A stretch of DNA of 64,000 nt, from NCBI RefSeq assembly GCF_006345805.1, contig NC_042999.1, forward strand, positions 3,596,001 to 3,660,000, in the 5' to 3' direction. Positions within the stretch are counted from its first letter, which is position 1. Every line of letters starts with the position of its first letter. The notes beneath the pieces were generated by a model. It did not search any database and was not told the DNA's origin. It worked only from the letters and a program-made list of their open reading frames with translations. Source of the DNA: Octopus sinensis. Taxonomy: Eukaryota. The translations under genes were made by a program, and so were the position numbers. Below, one piece after another: positions 51,465-62,599 of the stretch.

Positions 51465-51619
51465 ACACCAGCAGAAATATTGTAACACTGTTGTGTTGTA
51501 CTTTAATGTCGTAAACCCATTGCAATTCAGAGATCTACACAAAAACATAGTTTTATTTAGAGTTCAAATGTTACCCCTATGATAATCCACCCATAAAACA
51601 TTCTTTCTAACTAATTTTG

Positions 51620-52045
51620 TCAGACTCAATATATGCAGGGCCATTCAATCTGACACATCAGTGACAAATGCATGGAAGTCCTGGGACGTTACTCAATATC
51701 TCAAGATGTAGGGAGTCCACTTTCAGGTATTTGATGCATGAGAACATCAAGTACAAGTCCTATGTAAAGAGGACATGTACTTCACATCCATCAAGACCCA
51801 AGATAAGCATGTACCATGTGACTGCTGGCCCCTCTGATTTCAATCTTCTGGACTGCCACATCTGAAGGGAACATTGAAGATAGGACTGATCAGAGGATTT
51901 TCAAAACCAATACTCATTAGGGCCAGTTGATGTAGGTATAGTAGGGTAGTGTACACAGAGGCCACCTGACCCTGACAAGTTGTGGATTCCATTGCTGCAT
52001 CAGGCCAACATTGGGTGTTGAGGACAGTTTTGTTGAATAATATAT
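51620..52045 (+). pseudogene. Internally deleted maT-like transposase remnant
   Basis: STFRYLMHENIKYKSYVKR and SDFNLLDCHI resemble the 30567-31828 transposase. Confidence 0.6.
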
Positions 52046-52484
52046 TTCTTTGATGTTTGTACTTGAATGTATGAGTTACTTTCTGGGGAATATGATGTTC
52101 TTTTTTTTATTTTCTATTTGGTGTCTTTGTTTGTCCCTTGTGTATCAAATAGTTCTCTCTTGTCTGGCATACCTCGTAATAAAGAACTAAAACAACTGAA
52201 TAATTAAGCATAGCAGTGACTCCCAGATCAAAATTAATTTTATATGTAATACACAGAAGCAGTTTATTAATTGAATAACTGTTTCATCATTATCACTTTG
52301 TCTATGCTAAAACAGCCAGGTTATAAGGAAAGTTGAAAATGTCTCCCTCCAGAGACTACAAATATTTCAGAAGAAAATGTTTATTAGCTGTGATGTAATC
52401 TCTCACTCTATGTGTGTGCGTGTACATATATATATATATGTATATATTTTTAAATACAACAGAGGCGACCCTTCACAGGCAGCC

Positions 52485-52965
52485 TTACATGCTAGAAGGA
52501 GCAGTCAAAACAACCAAAACCACATTTAAGAGCAATTTCGAAGGGAATGAAAAATAAAAACTTTTACCTTGTTTTTTTTTACACCCATATCTAGGTTTCA
52601 AATTCAATTAGCAAATAATATAATTTCCTTGGTGGAGTTTTCATCAGTGGCTACGCCAAAACCTTAACAAATAATTTAGAGACAAAATAACACGTGTCTC
52701 ATCATTATATTTTATAATTTTTCAAATTCAACATGCAAGCGCGGTTTCAGTCAGCAGCAAATGAAAAGATGCTGAATTAATCATCTGGAATTGCTAAAAT
52801 CATATATATATATATACTTTAAAATAATGTACATTTAAACACAAAAGAAAATTACCCTTTAACAGGTAATTTTTACATGCTAGTAATAGCAGACAACATG
52901 GCCAAAACCACGATTTTATAGTAATTGTCGAAGTAAATGAAAAATATAAACTTTTACCTTGTTAT
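52485..52965 (-). mobile_element. Hammerhead-bearing partial-tandem repeat, period ~388-390 nt
   Basis: Direct repeat 52485-52573 / 52873-52963 flanking an HHR. Confidence 0.65.
52582..52653 (-). ncRNA. Type I hammerhead motif with long stem II (degenerate)
   Basis: TAGCCA CTGATGA AAACTC...GAATTT GAAA CCTAGA TA TGGGTG. Confidence 0.6.
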
Positions 52966-53485
52966 TTTTATTTTATTAGCAATATATATATATATATATA
53001 TATAAACCAGCTTAGAGAAGAAGAAGAAACGAAACGAATTGAATCGACGCGAGGGCGCTCAGTCATACAATAGTGTAATAAATAAAATATATGCATACAT
53101 ACAAACATATATGTACGTACCTACCTCTACATGTATATATACATGCATATATAAATATATATACGTGTGTACAGGACACCACAAATAGACGTAGAACTCA
53201 ACAAGAAACGAAAAAGTAAAAACAGCATGGAACGGACCATTTTTTTAACAATGAAAAAACAGAGTACAAGACAACTACACAAGGAAAAATCCCCTTCATC
53301 AGCTGTCCCTAGTTCAACTCCAGCATGTTATATATATATATATATCATTGAAGCTGAAAAAATACTTCACAAAATGTTACTTGGCTTCATGTAACTAATC
53401 ATCAGAAAGCTGTGAGTATTTAGAATACAGCAATAGTTGATAACTATAAGTATTCATGATTCACGCACACGCATGTGAACATGCA

Positions 53486-53516
<31 letters not shown>

Positions 53517-53837
53517 CACACACACACACACACTCAAAACCAATTGCTTCAAAAAGATGATTTAGTTATGTTGAAATGAAAGGATAAATAGATTGAAATA
53601 AATAAAATTGATCTTTTTCATAATATCAATTCTGAAGGTTCACACGTTTTTCTTTAAAAAAAAAAAGCTCACATGATTGTTGCACTAGCAGCATGTAACA
53701 TTTTTTGAAGGAAAACATGGAAAGTTCCAGAACTGAAATTATGAAAAAGATCAATTTAATTTTTTTCAATTTAATTCTATTTATTTCGTTCTATTTCAGC
53801 TTGACTAAATCATCTTTTAAAAGACTTATATTATATT

Positions 53838-53974
53838 AACGTTGGCATTAGGAAGGGCATCCAGCTGTAGAAACATTGCCAGATTAGACTGGAGCCTGGT
53901 GCAGCCTTCTGGCTTCCCAGATCCCCGGTCGAACCGTCCAACCCATGCTAGCATGGAGAACGGACGTTAAACGA

Positions 53975-53978
<4 letters not shown>
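53838..53978 (+). mobile_element. RTE 3' end fragment, inverted relative to the LINE 3' end at 54432
   Basis: Family 3' end. Confidence 0.85.
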
Positions 53979-54009
<31 letters not shown>

Positions 54010-54152
54010 TATATATACACACACATATACATATATATATACACACACATATATAACGGGAAGGTTTACGAAAATAAACAAAAGACGAAGGCAGATGGAG
54101 TACAAACAAACAAATGTATTAGTATGCCGCTCAGGAATAGAAATAGAACAAG

Positions 54153-54190
54153 TCTTTTACGTTTCGAGCCTGCGCTCTTCGACAGAAAGA
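54153..54190 (-). ncRNA. Hammerhead-like motif with altered core, in a short repeat (54055-54220)
   Basis: TCTTT CTGTCGAA GAGC-GCAG-GCTC GAAA CG TA AAAGA; A6 position is U and there is an extra A. Confidence 0.45.
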
Positions 54191-54244
54191 TACACAGAAA
54201 AAAACAAGGAGAGAAAAAAATGCGTATACATATATATATATACG

Positions 54245-54279
<35 letters not shown>

Positions 54280-54604
54280 ATATTTATATATAGAGGGCAT
54301 TATTACACATACATGCCACACGCTAAGAGGGACATTAGTCATTTCTACCAAAAAATTTTACTAATCATACCCAATGCAATTTTTCAAAGCAAGACATTTA
54401 AAAAAAGAATTTAGTCTTATATATACATATATATGTCATCATCATCATCATCATTTAACGTCCGCTCTCCATGCTAGCATGGGTTGGACGGTTCAACTGG
54501 TGTCTGGGGAGCCCGAAGGCTGCACCAGGCCAGTCAGATCTGGCAGTGTTTCTACAGCTGGATGCCCTTCCTAACGCCAACCACTCCGAGAGTGTAGTGG
54601 GTGA

Positions 54605-55110
54605 TTTTATGTGCCACCGACACAGGTGCCAGACAAGGCTAGCAGACGACCACGCTCGGATGGTGTTTTTATGTGCCACCGACACAGGTGCCAGACGAGG
54701 CTGGGGAACGGCCACGCTCGGATGGTGTTTTTATATGCCACCGACACAGGTGCCAGACAAGGCTAGCAGACGACCACGCTCGGATGGTGTTTTTATGTGC
54801 CACCGACACAGGTGCCAGACGAGGCTGGCGAACGGCCACGCTCGGATGGTGTTTTTATGTGCCACCGACACAGGTGCCAGACAAGGCTAGCAGACGACCA
54901 CGCTCGATGGATGGTGTTTTTTTTTATGTGCCACCGACACAGGTGCCAGACGAGGCTGGCGAACGGCCACGCTCGGATGGTGTTTTTATGTGCCACCGAC
55001 ACAGGTGCCAGACAAGGCTAGCAGACGACCACGCTCGGATGGTGTTTTTTTATGTGCCACCGACACAGGAGCCATATTAGGCTGGCGATCGGCCACGATT
55101 GGATGGTGAT
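54605..55110 (-). repeat. 62-bp VNTR in the LINE 3' UTR (7 units plus a divergent 8th)
   Basis: Unit starts 54611, 54673, 54735, 54797, 54859, 54928, 54990, 55054. Confidence 0.95.
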
Positions 55111-55351
55111 TGTTACGTGCCAACAGCATGGAGGCCAGTCGGTGCGGTACTGGCTACGCCCACGTTCAGATGGTATTCTTGTGTGCCACCGGCACTGGTA
55201 CCACAAAGATACAAATTCCATTGATGTTCATCTATTTTGATTTTGTTTGATTTTCACTTGCCTCAACAGGTCTTCACAAGTGTCACAAGAAGGAAGGTAT
55301 GCACAGGTGGACTAACTACGTCCTAGGTAGGGGCCACGGGTTATGGCCTGA

Positions 55352-58300
55352 CTAGTCTTGCCGGGTCTTCTCACGCACAGCATACTTCCATAGGTCTCGG
55401 TCTCTAGTCATTTCCTTGGTGAGACCTAAAGTTCGTAGGTCGTGCTTCACCACTTCATCCCAGGTTTTCCTGGGTCTACCTCTTCCACAGGTTCCCTCAA
55501 CTGCTAGGGTGTAGCACTTTTGCACACAACTATCTTCAGCCATTCTCGTCATATGACCATACCAGCGCAGCCGTCTCTCTTGCACACCACAACTGACGCT
55601 TCTTAGGTTCAACTTTTCTCTCAAGGTACTTACACTCTGACGATTATGAACACTGACATTACACATCCATCGGAGCATACTGGCTTCATTTCTTGCGAGC
55701 TTACGCATATCCTCAGCAGTCACGGCCCATGTTTCACTACCATGTAGCATGGCTGTACGTACACATGCATCATAGAGTCTGCCTTATACTCTGAGCGAGA
55801 GGCCTTTTGTCACCAGCAGGGGTAAGAGCTCCCTAAACTTTGCCCAGGCTATTCTTACTCTAGCAGTTACACTTTCAGCACACCCACCCCCGCTACTAAC
55901 TGGTCTCCAAGGTAGCGGAAGCTATCAACTACTTCTAGTTTGTCTCCCTGGAACGTGGTAGAAGTTGGTCTCTGCACATTTCCAGTGTTTATTTCTCCTG
56001 AGCATCTGCCACATACGAAAACTATCTTCCCAGTTAGCCTACCTTTGACATTGCTGCACCTCTTATGTGTCCATAGCTTACACTTGGTGCACCTTATAGA
56101 GTTTCTACCTACACCTTTTCTACAGATCGAGCAGGGCCATCTACCTGAAGTCGTTTGTGGTTGGTCCACCTTCCTACTTATTAGGACTTTGGTTTTGGCT
56201 AGGTTGATTCTAAGGCCCTTCGACTCTAATCCTTGTTTCCACACCTGAAACTTCTCCTCCAGTTCTGATAGTGACTCAGCAATTAGAGCAAGGTCATCAG
56301 CATATAGGAGCTCCCAGGGGCATCCTGTCTTAAATTCTTCCGTTATTGCCTGGAGGACTATGATAAATAGGAGGGGGCTGAGGACTGAACCTTGGTGGAC
56401 CCCAACCTCTACCCGGAATTCTTCACTGTACTCGTTGCCAACCCTCACCTTACTAGCTGCGTCTCTGTACATGGCTCGCACAGCTCTCACTAACCATACA
56501 TCTATCCCTAGTTTCCTCATTGACCACCAGATAAGGGATCGGGGGACCCTGTCAAAGGCTTTCTCTAAGTCAACAAAAGCCAGGTACAAGGGCTTACCTT
56601 TGGCTAGGTATTTCTCCTGCAGCTGTCTTACCAGGAATATAGCATCAGTAGTACTTTCCCTGGCACGAACCCAAACTGCATATCATCTAAGCTAACTCTC
56701 TCTCTAATTAACTGGGCTATAACCCTCTCCGTAACCTTCATTACCTGATCCAACAGCTTGATGCCCCTGTAGTTATTTGTATCTAGGGCATCTCCTTTAC
56801 CTTTGTAGCAGTTGACTATTATGCTGCTACACCAGTCATTGGGTATGACTCCTTCGTGTATCACCTGGTTAACTATAGGGTTGACTATGCTATAGCCGAC
56901 ACTACCAGATATTTTGAGCATCTCTGCAGTAATTCCTGATGGGCCTGGGGCTTTCCCTGTCTTCATGCTTCTAATTGCCTTAGCTACCACGGAACTATCA
57001 ACTCGGATAGCTGGTCCCTCTGTTGGGTCAACATTCGGCAGACTCTCTTTATCCCATTCATTTTCCTCATTCAGCAACCTTTCATAGTGGCGTCTCCAAG
57101 CTTCTCTCTTTGCATCCTCATTTAGCGCAAGTGAACCATCCTCCATGCGAACACATTTCTCTCCTACCACATCACGATTCTCTCTCACACACTGTCTTGC
57201 AACACGAAATACCTCAAGTCTTTCATCCTCACGGCGCAGGACATTGGCAAACTTTCTTTTATCTTTTTCCCCTCTGGCTAGATAGACCTGTCTCCTAGCT
57301 TCCCTTCTGGCAGTCTGATACACTTCCCTGCTACCACCGTTCTTCCAGGCCTTCCAAGCCTGTTTCTTTTGTCTAATAGCCCTGTCAACAATATTGTTCC
57401 ACCACCACGTTATTTTGGGTCTTAAGGGGACTTTGCACCAGCCACAGATCTGGTCAGCGGCTTTCAGCAGGTTGTCCCTCAGAAACGTCCAGTTGTCTTC
57501 TACCCCATGTGTAGCTATACCCCCTTCCACTTCGTCAAAGGCTTCAAGTAACATATCTCTAAATCTCTGTCCATTCGCAGGGTCTTTAAGCTTCCAGACC
57601 CTCTCTTCCATGTTGGTCGTCTTCTAGTCGCCCCTTAGTCCTGATCCTAAAGTCACTAACTACCAGTCTATGTTGTGGGGTGCATTCTTCGCCTGGGAAG
57701 GTTTTGGCATTTATAAGCAGCCATCTTTCCCTTTTTCTGGCAAGGATGTAGTCGATTTGGCTAGTATGCCGGCCCGATCGGTAGGTGACCAGGTGGCTTG
57801 TTGGTTTCCTGAAGCTAGTGTTGCAGATCATAAGACTATTCGCATCGCAGAACTCCAGCAGCCTGGTTCCCTCCTCGTTGCAGGAACCATAACCGTAGCC
57901 TCCATGCACGCCATGGAAGCCCCCAGCATGTCGTCCAACATGCCCATTGAAATCACCAGCCACAAAGAGAAGGTCCCTGTCATTCGTCAATGAGGTGGTC
58001 TGCAGTAGGGTGTCATAGAAACTGTCTTTCTGTCCATCGGGTAGCCCTGGCTGAGGGGCATAGGCCGATATAATGGTTGCTAATCTATTATGAAGCACTA
58101 TTCTAATCTTAAGTATTCTGTCACTTACTCTGGTTACCTCAATTACTCTATCTATCCATTTCTCAGCGATAAGTATACCCACGCCACCAACCCCGTCAGT
58201 GTTCCCTGCCCAGAAAATCTTGTACCTGTGTTCCTTGCCTGTGAGGAACCTAGCAGATCCTCCTCTCCACCTTATTTCTTGCATACAACATACATCAACA

Positions 58301-58479
58301 CGTCTCCGTTCAAGCATCTCGACTATCTCGCCAGACCTACCTTTCAGTGTGCCAGCGTTGAGAGTGCCCACCCTGAGGGGGTGGAAGGTATTGACCCGAG
58401 AGGCCCAGGGACGGGGAGCAGTGCCGTCATGTACCTGAAAAGAAGAAGAAAACTCGCATTTGGCAGAATTCATAAGCAA
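55352..58479 (-). pseudogene. RTE ORF2: APE endonuclease + reverse transcriptase + PHD-type Zn finger (~1030 aa if repaired)
   Basis: EN motifs GTLNAGTL, AGDFNGHVG, QIDYIL; RT motifs DLEKAFDRV, GVHQGSVLSP, YADD; four 1-nt deletions and one TAA at 55784-55786. Confidence 0.95.
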
Positions 58480-58544
58480 AGCAATGAACTTAAGTTCAAC
58501 CTGTTACACTGCACTAACATGCTTTTGCACCGTATGGTCACCAC

Positions 58545-58672
58545 CATATATAGAAGGGGTGGTATTGGTTTAAGGCCTTTAGGTGTTCATGGAAGAAAAG
58601 CAAAGGAGGGCAAGGTGAGATAAGGACTTCCGGTACTGGTGGTGGGGGCGGGAGGGCGGGCACACTGCGCAC
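58545..58672 (-). promoter_or_regulatory. Putative LINE internal Pol II promoter cluster
   Basis: Two GC boxes (CCCGCCC), ETS-type CCGGAAGT and TATA-like CTATATAT in LINE-sense order. Confidence 0.35.
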
Positions 58673-60296
58673 TGGGAGAAGACGATATTTAGGCGGCAGT
58701 AAGAAAGGCAAGATTTGAGATGGAAAGGTTTGCGGTCGTGTGCATAAGTTTCTATGAGTGGAAGTTGGGAAAAGATGGGTTAGAGAATTAAGCGACAGAA
58801 AGACCAGATTTGAGACGAGATGTTTTTTTTGCGGTCGTGTGAATAAGTTTTTGTGAGTGAAAGTTTATATGCTTCAGCTAGCATTTGAGACGAAGGACAA
58901 CGATAACGATAATATATGGGGACACAATAATAAGGCTTGATGGTGATAATAATACTTGCAAAAACAATGAAAGAGGGACAGGTCGTGAACTTAAATATGA
59001 CTTAGCTGATATTATTCATCATTCTGTGGTTCGTAGTTCGTGTGTTATAGCCAGGAGGAAAGCAATAATAAGGGCGGTCAAGCCTCGTGCGTAGGGTTTT
59101 ATAGGGGAGGGGGTGCGGAGGTGTGGGTAGAAGGCAGAGCGTATTGGCTAAGCCTGTGTGACAGCGAGTGAAGTGAAGTGAAATATATAGAGAGAGAGGG
59201 AGAGAGAGAGAGAGAGACAGCGATAACAGAGGGAGAAAACGACACCGCAAAGAAAGAGAGAGAGAGAGAGAGAGGAGGGAGGAGGGAGAGAGACATGGTG
59301 ATAACAGAGGGGCAAAAACGGCACCAGGCATTGGGAGAAGACGAGATTTAGACGAAAGTAAGAAAGACAAGATTTGAGATGGAAAGGTTTGCGGTCGTGT
59401 GCATAAGTTTCTATGAGTGGAAGTTGGGAAAAGATGGGTTAGAGAATTAAGCGACAGAAAGACCAGATTTGAGACGAGATGTTTTTTTTGCGGTCGTGTG
59501 AATAAGTTTTTGTGAGTGAAAGTTTATATGCTTCAGCTAGCATTTGAGACGAAGGACAACGATAACGATAATATATGGGGACACAATAATAAGGCTTGAT
59601 GGTGATAATAATACTTGCAAAAACAATGAAAGAGGGACAGGTCGTGAACTTAAATATGACTTAGCTGATATTATTCATCATTCTGTGGTTCGTAGTTCGT
59701 GTGTTATAGCCAGGAGGAAAGCAATAATAAGGGCGGTCAAGCCTCGTGCGTAGGGTTTTATAGGGGAGGGGGTGCGGAGGTGTGGGTAGAAGGCAGAGCG
59801 TATTGGCTAAGCCTGTGACAGCGAGTGAAAGTGAAATATATAGAGAGAGAGGGAGAGAGAGAGAGAGACAGCGATAACAGAGGGAGAAAACGACACCGCA
59901 AAGAAAGAGAGAGAGAGAGAGAGAGGGAGGGAGAGAGACATGGTGATAACAGAGGGGCAAAAACGGCACCGGGCATTGGGAGAAGACGAGATTTAGACGA
60001 AAGTAAGAAAGACAAGATTTGAGATGGAAAGGTTTGCGGTCGTGTGCATAAGTTTCTATGAGTGGAAGTTGGGAAAAGATGGGTTAGAGAATTAAGCGAC
60101 AGAAAGACCAGATTTGAGACGAGATGTTTTTTTTGCGGTCGTGTGAATAAGTTTTTGTGAGCGAAAGTTTATATGCTTCAGCCAACATTTGAGACGAAGG
60201 ACAACGATAACGATAATATATGGGGACACAATAATAAGGCTTGATGGTGATAATAATACTTGCAAAAACAATGAAAGAGGGACAGGTCGTGAACTT
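58672..60296 (-). repeat. ~650-bp tandem monomers (about 2.5 copies) at the LINE 5' end
   Basis: Unit starts 58702, 59361, 60006 (periods 659 and 645). Confidence 0.95.
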
Positions 60297-60319
60297 GTGT
60301 GTATATATATATATGTGTA

Positions 60320-60350
<31 letters not shown>

Positions 60351-60459
60351 GTATATAGTAGAAATATGTTGAAAATAGAAAATATACATGGAATTTGAGT
60401 ACTCTTTTTCCACCTTGTTTCACATTTATGTGTTTACTCCTGTATATGTATATATAGAC

Positions 60460-60514
<55 letters not shown>

Positions 60515-60603
60515 ATAAGTGTAGATCGTATACGAGTGGGTATATATTTATAAAAAAGAAGTTTGAAAACGCCACTATGTAAGATAAATTTTAATTTTCT
60601 TAG

Positions 60604-60656
60604 AAATTTTACATGTTTCGGTTCTTCTTGAAAAAAACGAACCTTATCAAAAATAT
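60604..60656 (-). ncRNA. Minimal type I hammerhead motif, U3-A8 core variant
   Basis: ATTT TTGATAA GGTTC-loop-GAACC GAAA CATG TA AAAT. Confidence 0.7.
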
Positions 60657-61318
60657 TTTAAAAAGTTAAGTGTAATAAAAAAGTTCATAATTGTTTCTTA
60701 CTGGTCTCAACAGAATATATATATACATCCCTGTTTCACAAAGCAGTTTCACAAAGGAGACCAAGCGAGTAAGTACCGGGCTTAAAAAACAATACTGGGG
60801 TTGATTCATTTGACTAAAAAAATTCTTCAATTTTCCCAGCATGGCCACAATCTAATGACAGAAACAAGCAAAAGATAAATGACCCCCCCACACATATATG
60901 TATACACTGCCTTGTCTTGATACAATTTGATAATTGTAAACAAGAACCTCTGTCACACAAGCAGTATCATTTATTTCCAATAGTCTGTGAAGACATGTCT
61001 GACTACGAGGTGGAAACAGCTGAAGATTGGCAACAGAAAAGGCAATCAGTTGCAGAAAATTTGTCTCAATGAACTATGTTCAACCTATGGAAAATAGACA
61101 TTATGATGATGGTGAAGAAAGGAAGCTAACCCTTGATAGGTTAATTAAAATCCATCAACCAAAGGAATCATTGTTCACCAATTGCAATATAAAACATAAA
61201 GAGAATGTAATGAATCTTCTCACAAGATTACTGTTCTAAATGCATTAACAACAGACTGGTGCCATGAAAAAATGCATCCAGTACTTTATGTAAAGGGGTT
61301 GGCAAGAAGGGCTTCCAG

Positions 61319-61918
61319 AGGGTGGTGAACTGGCAGAAACGTTAGCATGCCAGGCGAAATACTTAGTGGTATTTCGTCTGTCATTACGTTCTAAGTTCAA
61401 ATTCCGCCAAGGTCGACTTTGCCTTTCATCCTTTCAGGGTCGATAAATTCAGTACCAGTTATGTACTGGGGTTGATATAATCGACTTAATCCGTTTGTCT
61501 GTCCTTGTTTGTCTCTTCTGTGTTTAGCTCCTTGTGGGTAGTAAAAAAATAGGTATTTCGTCTGAAGTTACGTTCTGAGTTCAAATTCTGCCGAGGTCGA
61601 CTTTGCCTTTCATTCTTTTGGGGTCAATTAAATAAGTACCAGTTACGCACTGGGGTCGATGTAATTGACTTAATCCCTTTGTCTGTCCTTGTTTGTCCTC
61701 TCTGTGTGTAGCCCCTTGTGGGTAGTAAAGAAATAGGTATTTCATCTGTCCTTAGGTTCTAAGTTCAAATTCCGCCGAGGTCAACTTTGCCTTTCATCCT
61801 TTCGGGGTTCATACATTAAGTACCAGTCACGCACTGGGGTCGATGTAATCGACTTGATCGCTTTATCTGTCCTTGTTTGTCCCCTCTATGTTTAGCCCCT
61901 TGTGGGCAGTAAAGAAAC
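61319..61918 (+). mobile_element. SINE family D trimer with 12-bp TSD, inserted into an RTE 3' UTR repeat
   Basis: AAGGGCTTCCAG at 61307-61318 and 61919-61930; head plus three body units. Confidence 0.9.
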
Positions 61919-62034
61919 AAGGGCTTCCAGTTGTAGAAAACTTGACAAAGCATGAAGCACGGTGCAATCCTATGACTCATCTCATGCTGTTGATTCATTC
62001 AAACCCATAGCAGCATATAAGATGCACGTTAAAT

Positions 62035-62190
62035 GATGATGGTGAGGATTGTGGTGGTGGTGGTGGTAGTGGTGACGAGAGTTGTAGTGACTATGATGAT
62101 GTTGGTAGCAGCAGAGGTAATGGTTATGGTACAGATGATGACGACAATAATGGCTGTAATGATGATGATGATGATCATGTCAACGACAAT
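62035..62190. repeat. Degenerate (GAT)/(GGT) triplet repeat
   Basis: Simple repeat. Confidence 0.85.
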
Positions 62191-62297
62191 GAACAAGAAA
62201 CAATATTTTCTTAAGATACTGTATGAGTTTATCAATAAGCTAATGCTGACCTGATATCAATTTCTAGTTTCAACCATTTCACTTAAATTACTAATGT

Positions 62298-62362
62298 CAT
62301 GAACATCACAGCTTTCCACGTACAACGATATATATATATATAGAAAAGTCGATGCCTACATC

Positions 62363-62398
<36 letters not shown>

Positions 62399-62407
62399 GT
62401 ATGTATG

Positions 62408-62485
<78 letters not shown>

Positions 62486-62488
62486 GTG

Positions 62489-62533
<45 letters not shown>

Positions 62534-62555
62534 GTTATATATATATGTATGTATG

Positions 62556-62599
<44 letters not shown>

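Larger units (their letters stand above)
54432..60296 (-). mobile_element. Young, near-full-length RTE-clade LINE
   Basis: (GAT)n tail, VNTR 3' UTR, EN-RT ORF2, contiguous 5' tandem monomers. Confidence 0.92.

Noticed and set aside
53285-53310. Minus-strand CTGATGA as a hammerhead
   Set aside because: No GAAA or stem III/I in register; the element appears truncated
54605-55110. CRISPR-like array (also the 106-bp repeats at 48633)
   Set aside because: Units are contiguous with no unique spacers, and the context is eukaryotic
57670-58623. Plus-strand ORFs of 107 and 177 aa
   Set aside because: They are antisense shadows of the LINE endonuclease region
58885-60398. Repeated 69-aa ORF MRRRTTITII...
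   Set aside because: It starts at TTG, is antisense to the LINE, lies inside the tandem monomer and has no recognisable domain
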